A stretch of 64,000 bases of DNA from Felis catus. Taxonomy: Eukaryota. The position numbers and the translations under genes are program-made. The stretch lies in NCBI RefSeq assembly GCF_018350175.1, contig NC_058368.1:122328001-122392000 (forward strand), in the 5' to 3' direction. The notes under the pieces were generated by a model. The model was given only the letters and a program-made list of their open reading frames with translations, searched no databases and was not told the origin of the DNA. Shown here piece by piece: positions 25,501 through 36,102 of this stretch (within the stretch, counting starts at the first letter, position 1; every line of letters begins with the position of its first letter).

Positions 25501-25904
25501 CTCAGAGCAAAGTTGCCCTGAGCTGTGCCCTGGCAACCTCTGCAGATTCTTAGGAAGACAGAGAAAATTATATATCCATATGCAGTGGCCCTCTAGAAAC
25601 TGGAAAGAATAAAGAAGCTTGGGATATTATCATTATGCCTTTTATAATAGTCTCATACTTAGATTCTATTTCACTAAGATAGCTTAGGCTTCCCATGACA
25701 TAGGTTCAGCATTAATGAAGTTTCACATAGCAGATACTCATTCAATTAGGAAAACTGAACTCCAGAAAGAGCAAAATAGGAACTCAGGGAATAAGATGGT
25801 TCAGTGCCTGAACAGCATGAAGGGGCATTGCCTTCATTGCTGTGTCACACCGTTTCCTTTTGTTGCTTGCCCCTGAAGAGAAATTTGTGTAGTAGTTGCC
25901 ACAG

Positions 25905-26140
25905 TTAGTAATCAAGAACATAGGCTCTGAAGTTGGGCAGATCTGAGTTCCGGTCGCAGGCCTGACGCTTACCAAGCATATAATCTCAGAGAAGAGTTTA
26001 ATTTCTCTGGGTCTCCATTTCCTTATCTGTAAAATGGGGCTAGTGGTGTTTACTCCAAAAGGTTTTGCCAGGATGAAAAGAGCCAAGGCAGATAAACCCG
26101 TGGACTGCCCCCGGACCATGAAAAGCACTCAACAGTGGCA
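25905..26140 (+). mobile_element. MIR
   Basis: ggctctgaag...agatctgagttc...tttaatttctctgggtctccatttccttatctgtaaaatgggg. Confidence 0.8.
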
Positions 26141-26997
26141 GCCATTACTGAGAGAAGGGTCTTTCACGTAGGAACGGTGTCCACAGAGATATCGCAACAC
26201 AAATACCTGGTAAATAAGCACTTGCAAGTGAAATATTAAAACTGAAGGGGTAAAATGCCCAAAATGAGTTTATTTCTCTGCTTTGCTAAAGGCCTTTGAA
26301 GACTCCTAAGGAGAAGGGACAGGAAGGAGTTGGTATCTGTATCGGGAAACGCATTTCCTTTCGTGGCGGAAGCACGTCCATGCCCAGAACCCCACCTTGT
26401 AAGAAGAACCCGCTCAGGCAGGCTCACAAAGCCCCTGAATGGTAAGTAATTTCCCAAAGCATAGCAACAAGCTATGGAAAGGGATAGCAACTGAAAATAG
26501 CGAAGGAGGAGGCCCAAGAGGCTGTCAAGTCGCCCCTAGTGCTGAGCACGTTTTCAGTAGCTTTATCTGCCATGCCCCTAGCATCTTCTCTTGTTAATAA
26601 GCTGTGTGGCAAAAATAGTGCTGTCAGCAAAATGTAAGGGAAGTAAGCACAATGTAAAATAATGATCCCATTCTTCTCCTAAAGGCGCATGGTCCTTTAC
26701 AGTCATTGCATACCGTGTTCTTTGGAGGCTGGGAGCTGACAGGTAACTTCCAAGGGAAGAAAGGGAGAATAATTTACTCAGCAGCCACCCAGCTGTGGGT
26801 CCAGCTCAGCTGCAAAATGAAAATATGACATGCCCAAGTCCCTCCACCTCTGAGCTGCCGGCCTCAGTTTCTTTGCACTTGAGATGAAGGGGTTCTAAAG
26901 AGAAGCTGAGCGCCATGAAGATGCGGACTGCTGTACCCTTAATCCCTAGAGGAGTGCCTGATATATAGTAGATGTCGATAAATCAGATATGGTTGTT

Positions 26998-27494
26998 ATA
27001 ATAGCCAAATTATAGAAAGAGCCCAAATGTCCACTGACTGATGAATGGATAAAGATGTGGTGTATATATACAAGGGAATATTACTTGGTAATCATAAAGG
27101 TTGAAATCTTACCATTTGCAACAATGTGGTTGGAACTAGGGTATTATGCTAAGTGAAATAAGTCAGTCAGAGAAAGACAAATATCATATGATTTCACTCA
27201 TATTTTCAATTTAGGAAACAGAACAGATGAACATGGGGGAAGGGAAGGAAAAATAAGATAAAAAGAGAGAGGGAGGCAAACCAAAAGAGACTCTTAAATA
27301 CAGAGAACAACCAGGGTTGCTGGAAAGGTATTGGGTGGGGGGATGGGCTAAATGGGTGATGGGCATTAAGGAGGGCACTTGTTGGGATGAGCACGGGGTG
27401 TTATAGGTAAGTGATGAATCACTGAATTATATTCCTGAAATAATTATTACACTATATGTTAACTAACTTGGATTTAAATACAATATTTTAAAAA
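26998..27494 (+). mobile_element. 5'-truncated carnivore/felid L1 3' end
   Basis: ataatagccaaattatagaaagagcccaaatgtcc...tatgttaactaacttggatttaaat; TSD agatatggttgtt 26985-26997 / agacatggttgtt 27495-27507. Confidence 0.93.
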
Positions 27495-28053
27495 AGACAT
27501 GGTTGTTGTTAAACTAGAAGAGTTGATAAGATCCTTTGCTTTGCTAAAAAGACTACATTCTATGAGCCTATCCAAGAAGCGATGATTCCAAGACCAGCCA
27601 CATTATTCTTTAAAAGAAATGATGTTCCCTCCCCACATCCAGGCTGATAATACACGCTTTCACCACACAGGCAAAGATACCTGGCCCAGAGCTCAATGAA
27701 TCCCTCCCAGAACTCTAGGGTTGTGAGGGACCACTGAGTCCTTCCTTCTCTGAATAACCAGCATAGCATCCTCCCTGAATCAGGCAGGGTGTTTAGAGGG
27801 AGCCTATCGGGGGGAAGGCAGTACCACTGTCCTACCCCTTCAGTTTGGAAAACACTTTTCATCCGTTGTCCTGTTTGGTACTTACAGGAGACCTGCAGGA
27901 AGGGAAGTGGGTGGCTTGGCCAAGGTAGGATGGTGAAACCAAATCTCAGAGAGGGTATCCAGTTCATCAAAGTTCATTTACTGGTAAATGAACAACTGGG
28001 AACTGAACCTGGGACTTTTAACTACAAAATCTGAGCTATTAAAACCATTCCAT

Positions 28054-28274
28054 TGGGGCGCCTGGATGGCGCAGTCGGTTAAGCGTCCGACTTCAGCCAG
28101 GTCACGATCTCGCGGTCTGTGAGTTCGAGCCCCGCGTCGGGCTCTGGGCTGATGGCTCGGAGCCTGGAGCTGTTTCCGATTCTGTGTCTCCCTCTCTCTC
28201 TGCCCCTCCCCATTTCATGCTCTGTCTCTCTCTGTCCCAAAAATAAATAAACGTTAAAAAAAAAAAAAAAAAAA
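28054..28274 (+). mobile_element. Very young SINEC_Fc Can-SINE
   Basis: CpG-rich, pure poly(A) of about 23 nt, perfect TSD aaaaccattccat 28041-28053 / 28275-28287. Confidence 0.97.
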
Positions 28275-28403
28275 AAAACCATTCCATAGTAAGAGACGAT
28301 GCAATCCCCATCTGTTCCCAAACTCTGCCTGAAGATCCTATGTCCTCCAAAGAGTAGTATTAGTAATAACCAGTATTAACTGCTACTCATTACCGTCTTA
28401 CTA

Positions 28404-28857
28404 CAGATAACCTTTGAACAATGTAGGGGTTAGGGATGGTGACCCTCTGTACAGTCAAACTTTTGACTACCCTCAAAACTTGACTACTGATAGCCTACTT
28501 GACTCGTATTTTGTAGCATTTACGTATCACGTACCGTATTCTTAGAATAACGTAGGCTAGAGAAAAGAAAATGTTATTAAGAAAATCATCTGGGGGCACC
28601 TGGGTGGCTCAGTTGGTTGAGCATTGACTTCAGCTCAGGTCATGATCTCGTGGTTCATGAGTTCGAGCCCCAGATCAGGCTCGCTGCTGTTAGCCTGTCA
28701 ATGCAGTGCCTGCTTCACATCCTCTGTCCCCCTTTCTCTGCCCCTCGCCAACTTGTGCTTTCCCAAATATTAAAAAAGAAATCATCTGTTATAAAAAAAG
28801 AATTCACCTATAAGTGGACTCACACAGTTCAAACCTGTGTTGTTCAAGGGTCAGCTG
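28404..28857. mobile_element. Tigger2a/MER8-type TcMar-Tigger non-autonomous element, carrying a SINE and inserted in a MIR
   Basis: Terminal inverted repeats cagataacctttgaacaa / ttgttcaagggtcagctg with TA on both sides (28402-28403, 28858-28859). Confidence 0.85.
28593..28775 (+). mobile_element. Can-SINE inside the Tigger element
   Basis: TSD aagaaaatcatctg / aagaaatcatctg. Confidence 0.92.
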
Positions 28858-29444
28858 TATAACCCAGGTACTGTTCTCAGCACATAATATGTTAACACAT
28901 TTAATTTATCACAACGATGCTCTAAGGCAGGTACTATTTTTACCGCCAGTTTAGAGGTGAGTGAGGCACACAGATTTGAAAGTAATTCACTCAGGTTTAC
29001 GCAACTACTGAGGTAGCCTGTAGGTGGTGAAGGTATCATGAAGTCCTTCCCTCAGCCCAGGCCCAAGAGGTAGAAAGTTGGGGGGAAGGTCATGGTTTAC
29101 AAAGGGCTCCTTTGCCTTTGGCTCACCAGAATGAGGCGGAGGAGTCCAAAGCCATTTGCCTGTGGTTGGATACGGAAATCTGCCAGCACCCATCATCTTG
29201 TCTCTTGGGAAGATTAGACCCCCCCAAGGATGGGCAGGAGGAGATAGGGTCTTTAGAGGATACAGGGTCTACATTTCAAGTCCTACTATGCACCAAACAC
29301 TGTAGTAGCTCATCCACTCCATCAAAATGCATTTACTGAGCCCCTATTATGTGCTGGGTGCCAACGTGGTTGTTCAACATTCATTAATTTTAAAAATACC
29401 ATTGATCACCTATAAATATCAAGGCCAATCAAATTTTTTAAAAT

Positions 29445-29639
29445 GTGCCTCTGGGTGGCTCAGTTGGTTGAGTATCTGATTCTTGATTTCAGCTCAGGTC
29501 ATGATCTCAGGGTTGTGGGATTGAGCTCTCCATGGGGCTCTGTGCTGAACGTGGAGCCTGCTTAGGATTCTCTCTTCTCTCCCTCTGTCCCTCTTCATCT
29601 CTCACTCTCTCTCTTGCTGAATGAATGAATGAATGAATG
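29445..29639 (+). mobile_element. Can-SINE ending in (GAAT)n
   Basis: ctgggtggctcagttggttgag...tggagcctgcttaggattctctc. Confidence 0.9.
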
Positions 29640-29978
29640 TCAGGGCTTATCCTAGGCATTGTGAGCATGAATTGTAATGACTGTGATAAAAATAATATTG
29701 ATTGAGAACTTAAATAATTGTTCTAAGGACATTACATTTAGTACCTCAATCCTTACAACTCTAACAAGATCGATACTCTCACTGTTCTTATGTTATAGAT
29801 CATGAAAGTGATGCCCAGAGAGTTTCAGGAAATCAGCCAGAATCTCACAAATGGCAATGGGTAGACCCTGGATACAAAGATAACTAAAACTCGGCCCCAG
29901 CCTGAGGGAAGGCTCAGGTATCATAAGTTATTTACCCCTTAGTAATAATCCTGTGTGGGATAAGTATTCTTCTGCTTC

Positions 29979-30194
29979 TTTTTAAAAATTTTTTAAGTTT
30001 ATTTATTTTTGAGAGAGACAGAGACAGTGCAAGGGGGGGAGGGTCAGAGAAAGAGGAAGACAGAGAATTCCAAGCAGGCTCTGCGCTGCCAGCACAGAGC
30101 CCTACATGAGGCTTGAATTCATGAAACAGTGAGATCATGACCTGAGCCAAAACCAAGAGTTGACACTCAATCGCCTGAGCCGCCCAGGCATGCC
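29979..30194 (-). mobile_element. Can-SINE
   Basis: tttatttatttttgagagag...caagcaggctctgcgctg...gagatcatgacctgagcc. Confidence 0.93.
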
Positions 30195-31092
30195 AGTGGT
30201 ATTATTACGTCCATAGTGGATCACATATGTTTAATTTCACTTATAAGGGCTCAGTGAGCAAACCACATGTGAAACACACTTTTTAATAGAGCATGAACTC
30301 TATGGCACAGCAGTTTTTCATCAGATATTCAACGAAGCAAGGACCTTTTCCAATGCCTAGGTGTTACATAAAAGCATACCCAATCCACTTAAAGGGATTC
30401 CATTTCACTTTAAGCTGCCAGCCAAAGAGACCGGCTCAGGTCTCAGCGGTAGCAAAAGGCAGACGCAGTCCTTGCTCTTTCTAGCAAACCCCAGTCGCAA
30501 AGAGACCTATGGGAAAGCTGCTTATCTTTTAAGGTATCCCTAACGCTAACTGCAAGTCTGCCGATCATGAGTCTTTGGGGAAGACAATTACTGATTCTCA
30601 GAAGCCTCAATATGTATTTCAGAGTTGCCTGGCCAAATCTGAAAAATTGCCAAAGCCAAACCCGTGTTTTGGTTACCCATACAAATACCGACAGAGGAAG
30701 TAAGTGTCTGCTGAAGGATGGACATTTAGCACCTGTCTGATGTGTAGGTTTGGAAGCCTGAGGCAGAATACTCCCAAGTATAATGGAGAAACCTCGATCT
30801 GTACAGTAATGCCCTTGCAAAGAAGGAAATGAGACATTCCATGAGTAGGTTTCAGAATGGCAAGTTACTGAGCAAGTTTGCAAAACTTCAGAGATGTTTT
30901 CATCTGTTGAGAGGGATATCAATATTGGAAATACTCATAACCCACTCTTTAGGTGCCTTAACCAAAGACATAATTTTTGAATGGATACACTTATCCCCTG
31001 AGATATATGTGGCTGGAACTCAGAAAGGAGACATGCATGTGAAGTTGTGATATTGGGCAAATCATTTTAGCGTTGTGGCTCTCAGTTACCCA

Positions 31093-31324
31093 TTTTTTTA
31101 TTTTTATTTTTTTAATGTTTATTTAATTTTGAGATACAGAAGAGAGAGGGAGAGAGAGAGAGAAAGCAAGTGGGGGAGGAGCAGAGATCGAAGGAGAGAT
31201 AGAGAATCCCAAGCAGGCTCCACACTGCCAGTGCAAAGCCCGATTCAGGGCTTGAACCCACAACTCTGAGATCATGACTTGAGCTGAAGTCAGACACTCA
31301 ATCAACTGAGCCACTCAGGTGCCC
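31093..31324 (-). mobile_element. Can-SINE (older)
   Basis: Antisense body and head ending tgagccactcaggtgccc. Confidence 0.93.
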
Positions 31325-31358
31325 ACCACACCCCTCCCCTCCCCGCAACCAATTCTTT

Positions 31359-31561
31359 TTTTTTTTTTTTGGGGGGGGGACAGAGAGAGACAGAGCATGA
31401 ACGGGGGATGGGCAGAGAGAGAGGGAGACACAGAATCGGAAACAGGCTCCAGGCTCTGAGCCATCAGCCCAGAGCCTGATGCGGGGCTCGAACTCACGGA
31501 CTGTGAGATCGTGACCTGGCTGAAGTCGGACGCTTAACCGACTGCGCCACCCAGGCGCCCC
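31359..31561 (-). mobile_element. Very young SINEC_Fc Can-SINE with atypical tail
   Basis: Near-identical to 9099-9330; perfect TSD caaccaattcttt 31346-31358 / 31563-31575. Confidence 0.96.
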
Positions 31562-33154
31562 ACAACCAATTCTTTAAAAGAGGGAAACATGTAAGAATCA
31601 ATCTTTGTATAATCTTTTCAGGGGCCATGACCCGGTCTGAGACTAATAGCCTTTCTGAATCCTCTCCCCAGAAATATGTAAATTTTTTGATACATAAGTT
31701 CACGGATCCCCCCAAACCCAGTAATGGGTCCCCAAAAGCCTATGGATCCCAAGTTTAAAGACTTTGGTCTAAACTTTCTCTGTAGTCAATTTCATGGGGG
31801 AAAGTCTTATTTTTAACAATTATAAAGTTTGAGATTTCTTATATACATAGGCAGCACACATTCTCGCTTTTCCCCTGGCAGGTGACTTAGCAGCTTATGA
31901 CAGAGTCTAAAGGAAGTCTGTAGGATTAATAGATGTGTGTCCAGGGCTAACAAAGAGTCTTGATCCTTCAGAACCTCCCTTAAATATTTAACTTTGTGAA
32001 GGGATAAGTGAGAAGAGGTGCTCTACCAGGCTCAGAGAGGGTGTAGGATTACTAACTTAATAACTTTCAGGGGTAAAGTACTCCTTGATGCTAATTGATT
32101 GTTGCCAGCAGAAAGTAATTGATTTTTATCTCCCAACCTTCCTTAAAAATTTAATTTTGGTCACCTATACTACAGAAGCAGTTATGTTTTTTGTCATTCG
32201 GTCAACTAGCATTGCTTGAGTAATTACTATGTGCAAGTAATTGGGAAATACGAAGATTCATTCAACCACTTTTTCGTTAAACATATTCAAAAGGAGCTCT
32301 TATTTTCTTCATTGATAATTCCAAAATTATTTAGGTCTTTGTATTAGTTTGCCGCTTGCTCTTCTGGTTCTTCTCACACTGCCCTATTTCCCTGTGTATT
32401 TCATGCGTGTACATGTGTGTGTCTGACTGTGAGTTCATGTTCCTTGCTACTTCATCTGTGGGAATTTGAGGAAAGCATGACTTGAGGCTGCATTCTGTCA
32501 GACAGACAGTACATTTCTTCCTGTAATCACATGGGGATATTAAACATTTGGGACTTCTTTAATCCAATTCTCCTTTTGAGGCATTTTTTTACCCTGTGGA
32601 CAATGTGAATTTTGCTACAGACTCACATAAGAACAAACTTGGAGTTACGAAATCGAAGAGAAATGTTTGTGTGTTCCATTTATCCCCCCTCATTCAGTGC
32701 TGTTCCATCCTGAGCCGTGGGCTTAGTTCTTTAATTCTTAGTTTGAAGCTATAGCCCTTTGGGGACCCCAGGAGTGGAGATCTCATATCACATTTCCAAT
32801 CGTAGATGGGTTGTAGGCTTTATCACCTATCTCATAGGCAATCTTGAAAATGGAAGCACGATGTCACCATTTTTCTGGAGATGCCTTCAGGGATTACTCT
32901 GTTTACCTTCATTTTTCCTCTCTACAGCTTTCTCGTGTCATATGGTCTGTAGTTCACTTACAATTACTTCAGCTTAGGAAGAGATATGTGGCACATTTTC
33001 ATGGGTGCATGTGTTTTCATTAACACCTCCAGAACGGTCGCATCTCATTCAAACCGTCCTCATCTTACAACCAGAATCCAGAATCGACTTCTCCAAGCAT
33101 TTGAGTCATTCTTATAATCTACGCAAGAACAAGTCTACTTGAATTTATGATCTT

Positions 33155-33283
33155 GAACCAGGAGCATCAGCATCACCTGGCACATTTGCTAGAGATGCAA
33201 CTTCTTGGGGCCCATGCCTGGCCTACTCAGTCAGAATTTCTCAGGCTGGAGCCCAGGAATCTGTGTTTTAACAAGCCCTCCAG
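33155..33283 (+). mobile_element. MER5A hAT-Charlie fragment
   Basis: agcatcagcatcacctgg...tgctagagatgca...cctactcagtcagaa...gcccaggaatctgtgttttaacaagccctccag. Confidence 0.85.
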
Positions 33284-34376
33284 AGAAAAGGGAGAGTCAT
33301 GACAGGTGGAGAACAAGTTTAAGTAAAGATCAAGGCTGGAAGAGGTAATGGGACATGGGAAGAGTGAGTCATTTCGTTTGTCAAGGCCAAATCATTTGTG
33401 AGTTTACAATCCAATTACATTCTTTTTCAGTCTCTTCATGCTCTATCAGAAAAAGTAAAGTAATGGAGACAGAACAGTCTTGGGGCAAAGCAATGAGTTC
33501 TTTCCTAAGACCCATGGAAACAACACAGAACCCTGCCATTGTGGTCTGCAGAAGGAATGAGGAGGATCCACAGAGGCACGTGCTAATATTAGCCCAAGCT
33601 TGGAATCCTAGTGCTGCATTTTACAGCCCTATGTTGGCAAGCAGGTTGTGGAAATGTATTTCCACAATTCGAATCAGGAGGCTGTGGGAGAAGCTTGCCA
33701 AGTGCATAGATGCAGGGGGGTGTTAGTTATTCTCATGGACACAGCACCTGAGAACTTCTTGTGAATTATTAAAATGCTGTGTTAATTTATTGTATTTGAA
33801 TGTCAACTGACTCGATTTCATAGATCTTCACTTCAGGACTAAATAATAAAATTTCTACATATCCCCTGCCTCACAGAGCTGCTGTTATTGTTGCCTTTAT
33901 TGAATTAGACGGTATGGAAATTGGAATGGCAATATGTCTGCACAGATACAGACACTGAGGATTTTTAGAAATAGATGAAAGAACAAAGACGTGTTAAAGT
34001 TTGGGTCAATGACTATTTCTTGAGGAAATAACGTCATCAATTTTTCCAAGAAACGCTATCCTGATGCACTGATTATACAATGCCAAAGAAAAGCACTCAG
34101 ACAGTTAAAAGGGGACTTTCCTGAAGAAAGATAGAGACCTGGGATGCCATGATATGTTCAGAGCTGCCAAGAAATGACTTGCTGATTAATTCCTCATAGG
34201 CACCTGCATGTAATTAACCTCATTTGCTCCTCTGAAAAATGTGGAGGGTGAACATATCGTTTGTGAAGATTAAAGAAATATGGGCTTAGTATGTCCCACA
34301 AAATTTCTGGCACATGGTAGTTGCTCAATAAATGGACGTTTCTGTTCCTCTTAATGAATCAGGTGTGACCAACCAA

Positions 34377-34483
34377 GAGCACTGGTTGTTCTACATAAGC
34401 GATGAATCACTAAATTCTACTCCTGAAATCATTACTACATGTTAACTAACTTGGATTTAAATAAAATTTAAAAATTAAAAAAA
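34377..34483 (+). mobile_element. Extreme 3' fragment of a carnivore L1
   Basis: gagcactgg...gatgaatcactaaattctactcctgaaatcatt...gttaactaacttggatttaaataaaa, matching 27390-27480. Confidence 0.88.
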
Positions 34484-34639
34484 AGAACTAGAATAGAAAA
34501 TATCACAGTGCATAGCAGGTAGTAAGCATATTGTTTTATGAAATTTTTTTTAGTTTTATATAACCCCTTAGTTGTAGGTTTATAGTGTTGCTGTGGAATA
34601 CGGCCCAAACACTGAAATGGCACTCTTCTGGAAGCTAAG

Positions 34640-35140
34640 GGTTCGATGGTAAAAGAAAGGCTGCCTGTTCACATAGAGGTTTCATCCTGGTGGGGAAGGC
34701 AGAGAGAAAACAACAAGCAAGCAAAGAATATGTCCAAAAGGGATAAAAATTGTGAAGAACCACGATAGGCTTGGGTGTAGAGTGATGGGGCTCAGGGTCC
34801 CTGTTTTAGATAACGAGAAGGAAGGACTCTCTGAGGAGGTAAAATCTGAGCCGATTCTGAAAGAAGTGAGAGAGTAAGCTGTTTAGATTTGGAGGGAAAG
34901 TTGAGGCAGGCAAAGAGCAGCAAGTGCAAAGGTCCTGAGGCAGAGGTAATCTGGGATTACCTCTGTTTCTATTCTGAAAGCAGCACAGGAAGGAGGCCAC
35001 GGTGGCTGCAATGGAGGGTATGAGGGGAACCTAGGAGAGGAAGGAGTCAAAAAGGTCACCAAGGGCCAGTCATATAGACTTCATGTTCCACAGAAAGAAC
35101 TTTGGCTTTCTCAGGCAAGGTGAGGAGACTGTGCAAGGCT
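34640..35140. mobile_element. L2 remnant
   Basis: ggaaggactctctgaggaggtaaaatctgagc...gcaagtgcaaaggtcctgaggcag...ggaggccacggtggctg. Confidence 0.75.
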
Positions 35141-35633
35141 GCCAAGCATGACTGAGGATAATAGCCACTAGTGAGTCCTGTCTGATATCAGCATTCCTCA
35201 TTTGATTCTCATGGTCTCCCCCTTGGTTGCATCAGTCTGCCTACATCCAGGCTGTCAATTCTTCAAAGGCAATTTAGTATAAGAGTGTGGCTATGGAGAC
35301 AGAGAAGCAGATGTTGATTTATCTCCACTATATGCCTAGCACAGCCCCAGACCCATGGTAAGCTTGATAAATGCCAGATTTCTTGTTCTCTAAATGTATT
35401 GAAAAGATAACCATAGAACGCCTGCAGTAACTGAACAGTTCTTGACTCAGGACCACACACTGAGTACGACAGCAACATTGGCTAACATTTCCTGAGCGCC
35501 TGCTCTGTGTCAAGGCCATTGAACATATTATGCATGCTGGAAACAGACTTCCTGTGTCCTGACTCCTCTCTCCTTAGGCCCGCCTGGAGCCCTGTCCTGC
35601 CTCAGTCCCTCTGCTTCCCTTCCTGTTACACAC

Positions 35634-35635
<2 letters not shown>

Positions 35636-35674
<39 letters not shown>
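35636..35674. repeat. (CA)n microsatellite
   Basis: Read directly. Confidence 0.95.
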
Positions 35675-35676
<2 letters not shown>

Positions 35677-35861
35677 CTGCAAAAGCATTAGTAATTAATG
35701 GGGTTTTTACAGAAGGTTTCCTACAGAACCTTATTCCATACAGCAAAATTTAAATTAAGGCCATTATGAAGCATTTCACTTCTCTTTGCTCTGCTTGCCT
35801 GCCCTGTTGCTGGGTCTCTCCTCTTATGTTCTTCTCCCCGTAGCCTCTAAAATGCCCGTCT

Positions 35862-35971
35862 GGGGGCGCCTGGGTGGCTTAGTCAGTTAGGCGTCCAACT
35901 CTTGGTTTAGGCTCAGGTCACCATCTCATGGTTCATGGGTTTGAGTCCCTCATCAGACTGCTTGGCATTCG

Positions 35972-36028
<57 letters not shown>

Positions 36029-36102
36029 CCTCCCTCTAAATAAATAAATAAATAAACAAATAAATAAATAAACAAACAAACAAACATTTAAAAAAAATAC
36101 AA
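35862..36102 (+). mobile_element. Can-SINE with internal deletion, long (CT)n and (AAAT/AAAC)n tail
   Basis: gggggcgcctgggtggcttagtcagttag; flanks taaaatgcccgtct / taaaatgtctatct. Confidence 0.92.

Noticed and set aside
26528..26545. CTCF-like cgcccctagtgc
   Set aside because: One base short in the G run relative to the CTCF core; spacing does not fit
28054..28140. tRNA-like A/B box sequences
   Set aside because: SINE heads derived from tRNA, followed by SINE body, (CT)n and A tail; not tRNA genes
30443..30922. 159-aa minus-strand ORF
   Set aside because: Non-ATG start, no recognisable domain or supporting exon structure; length compatible with chance
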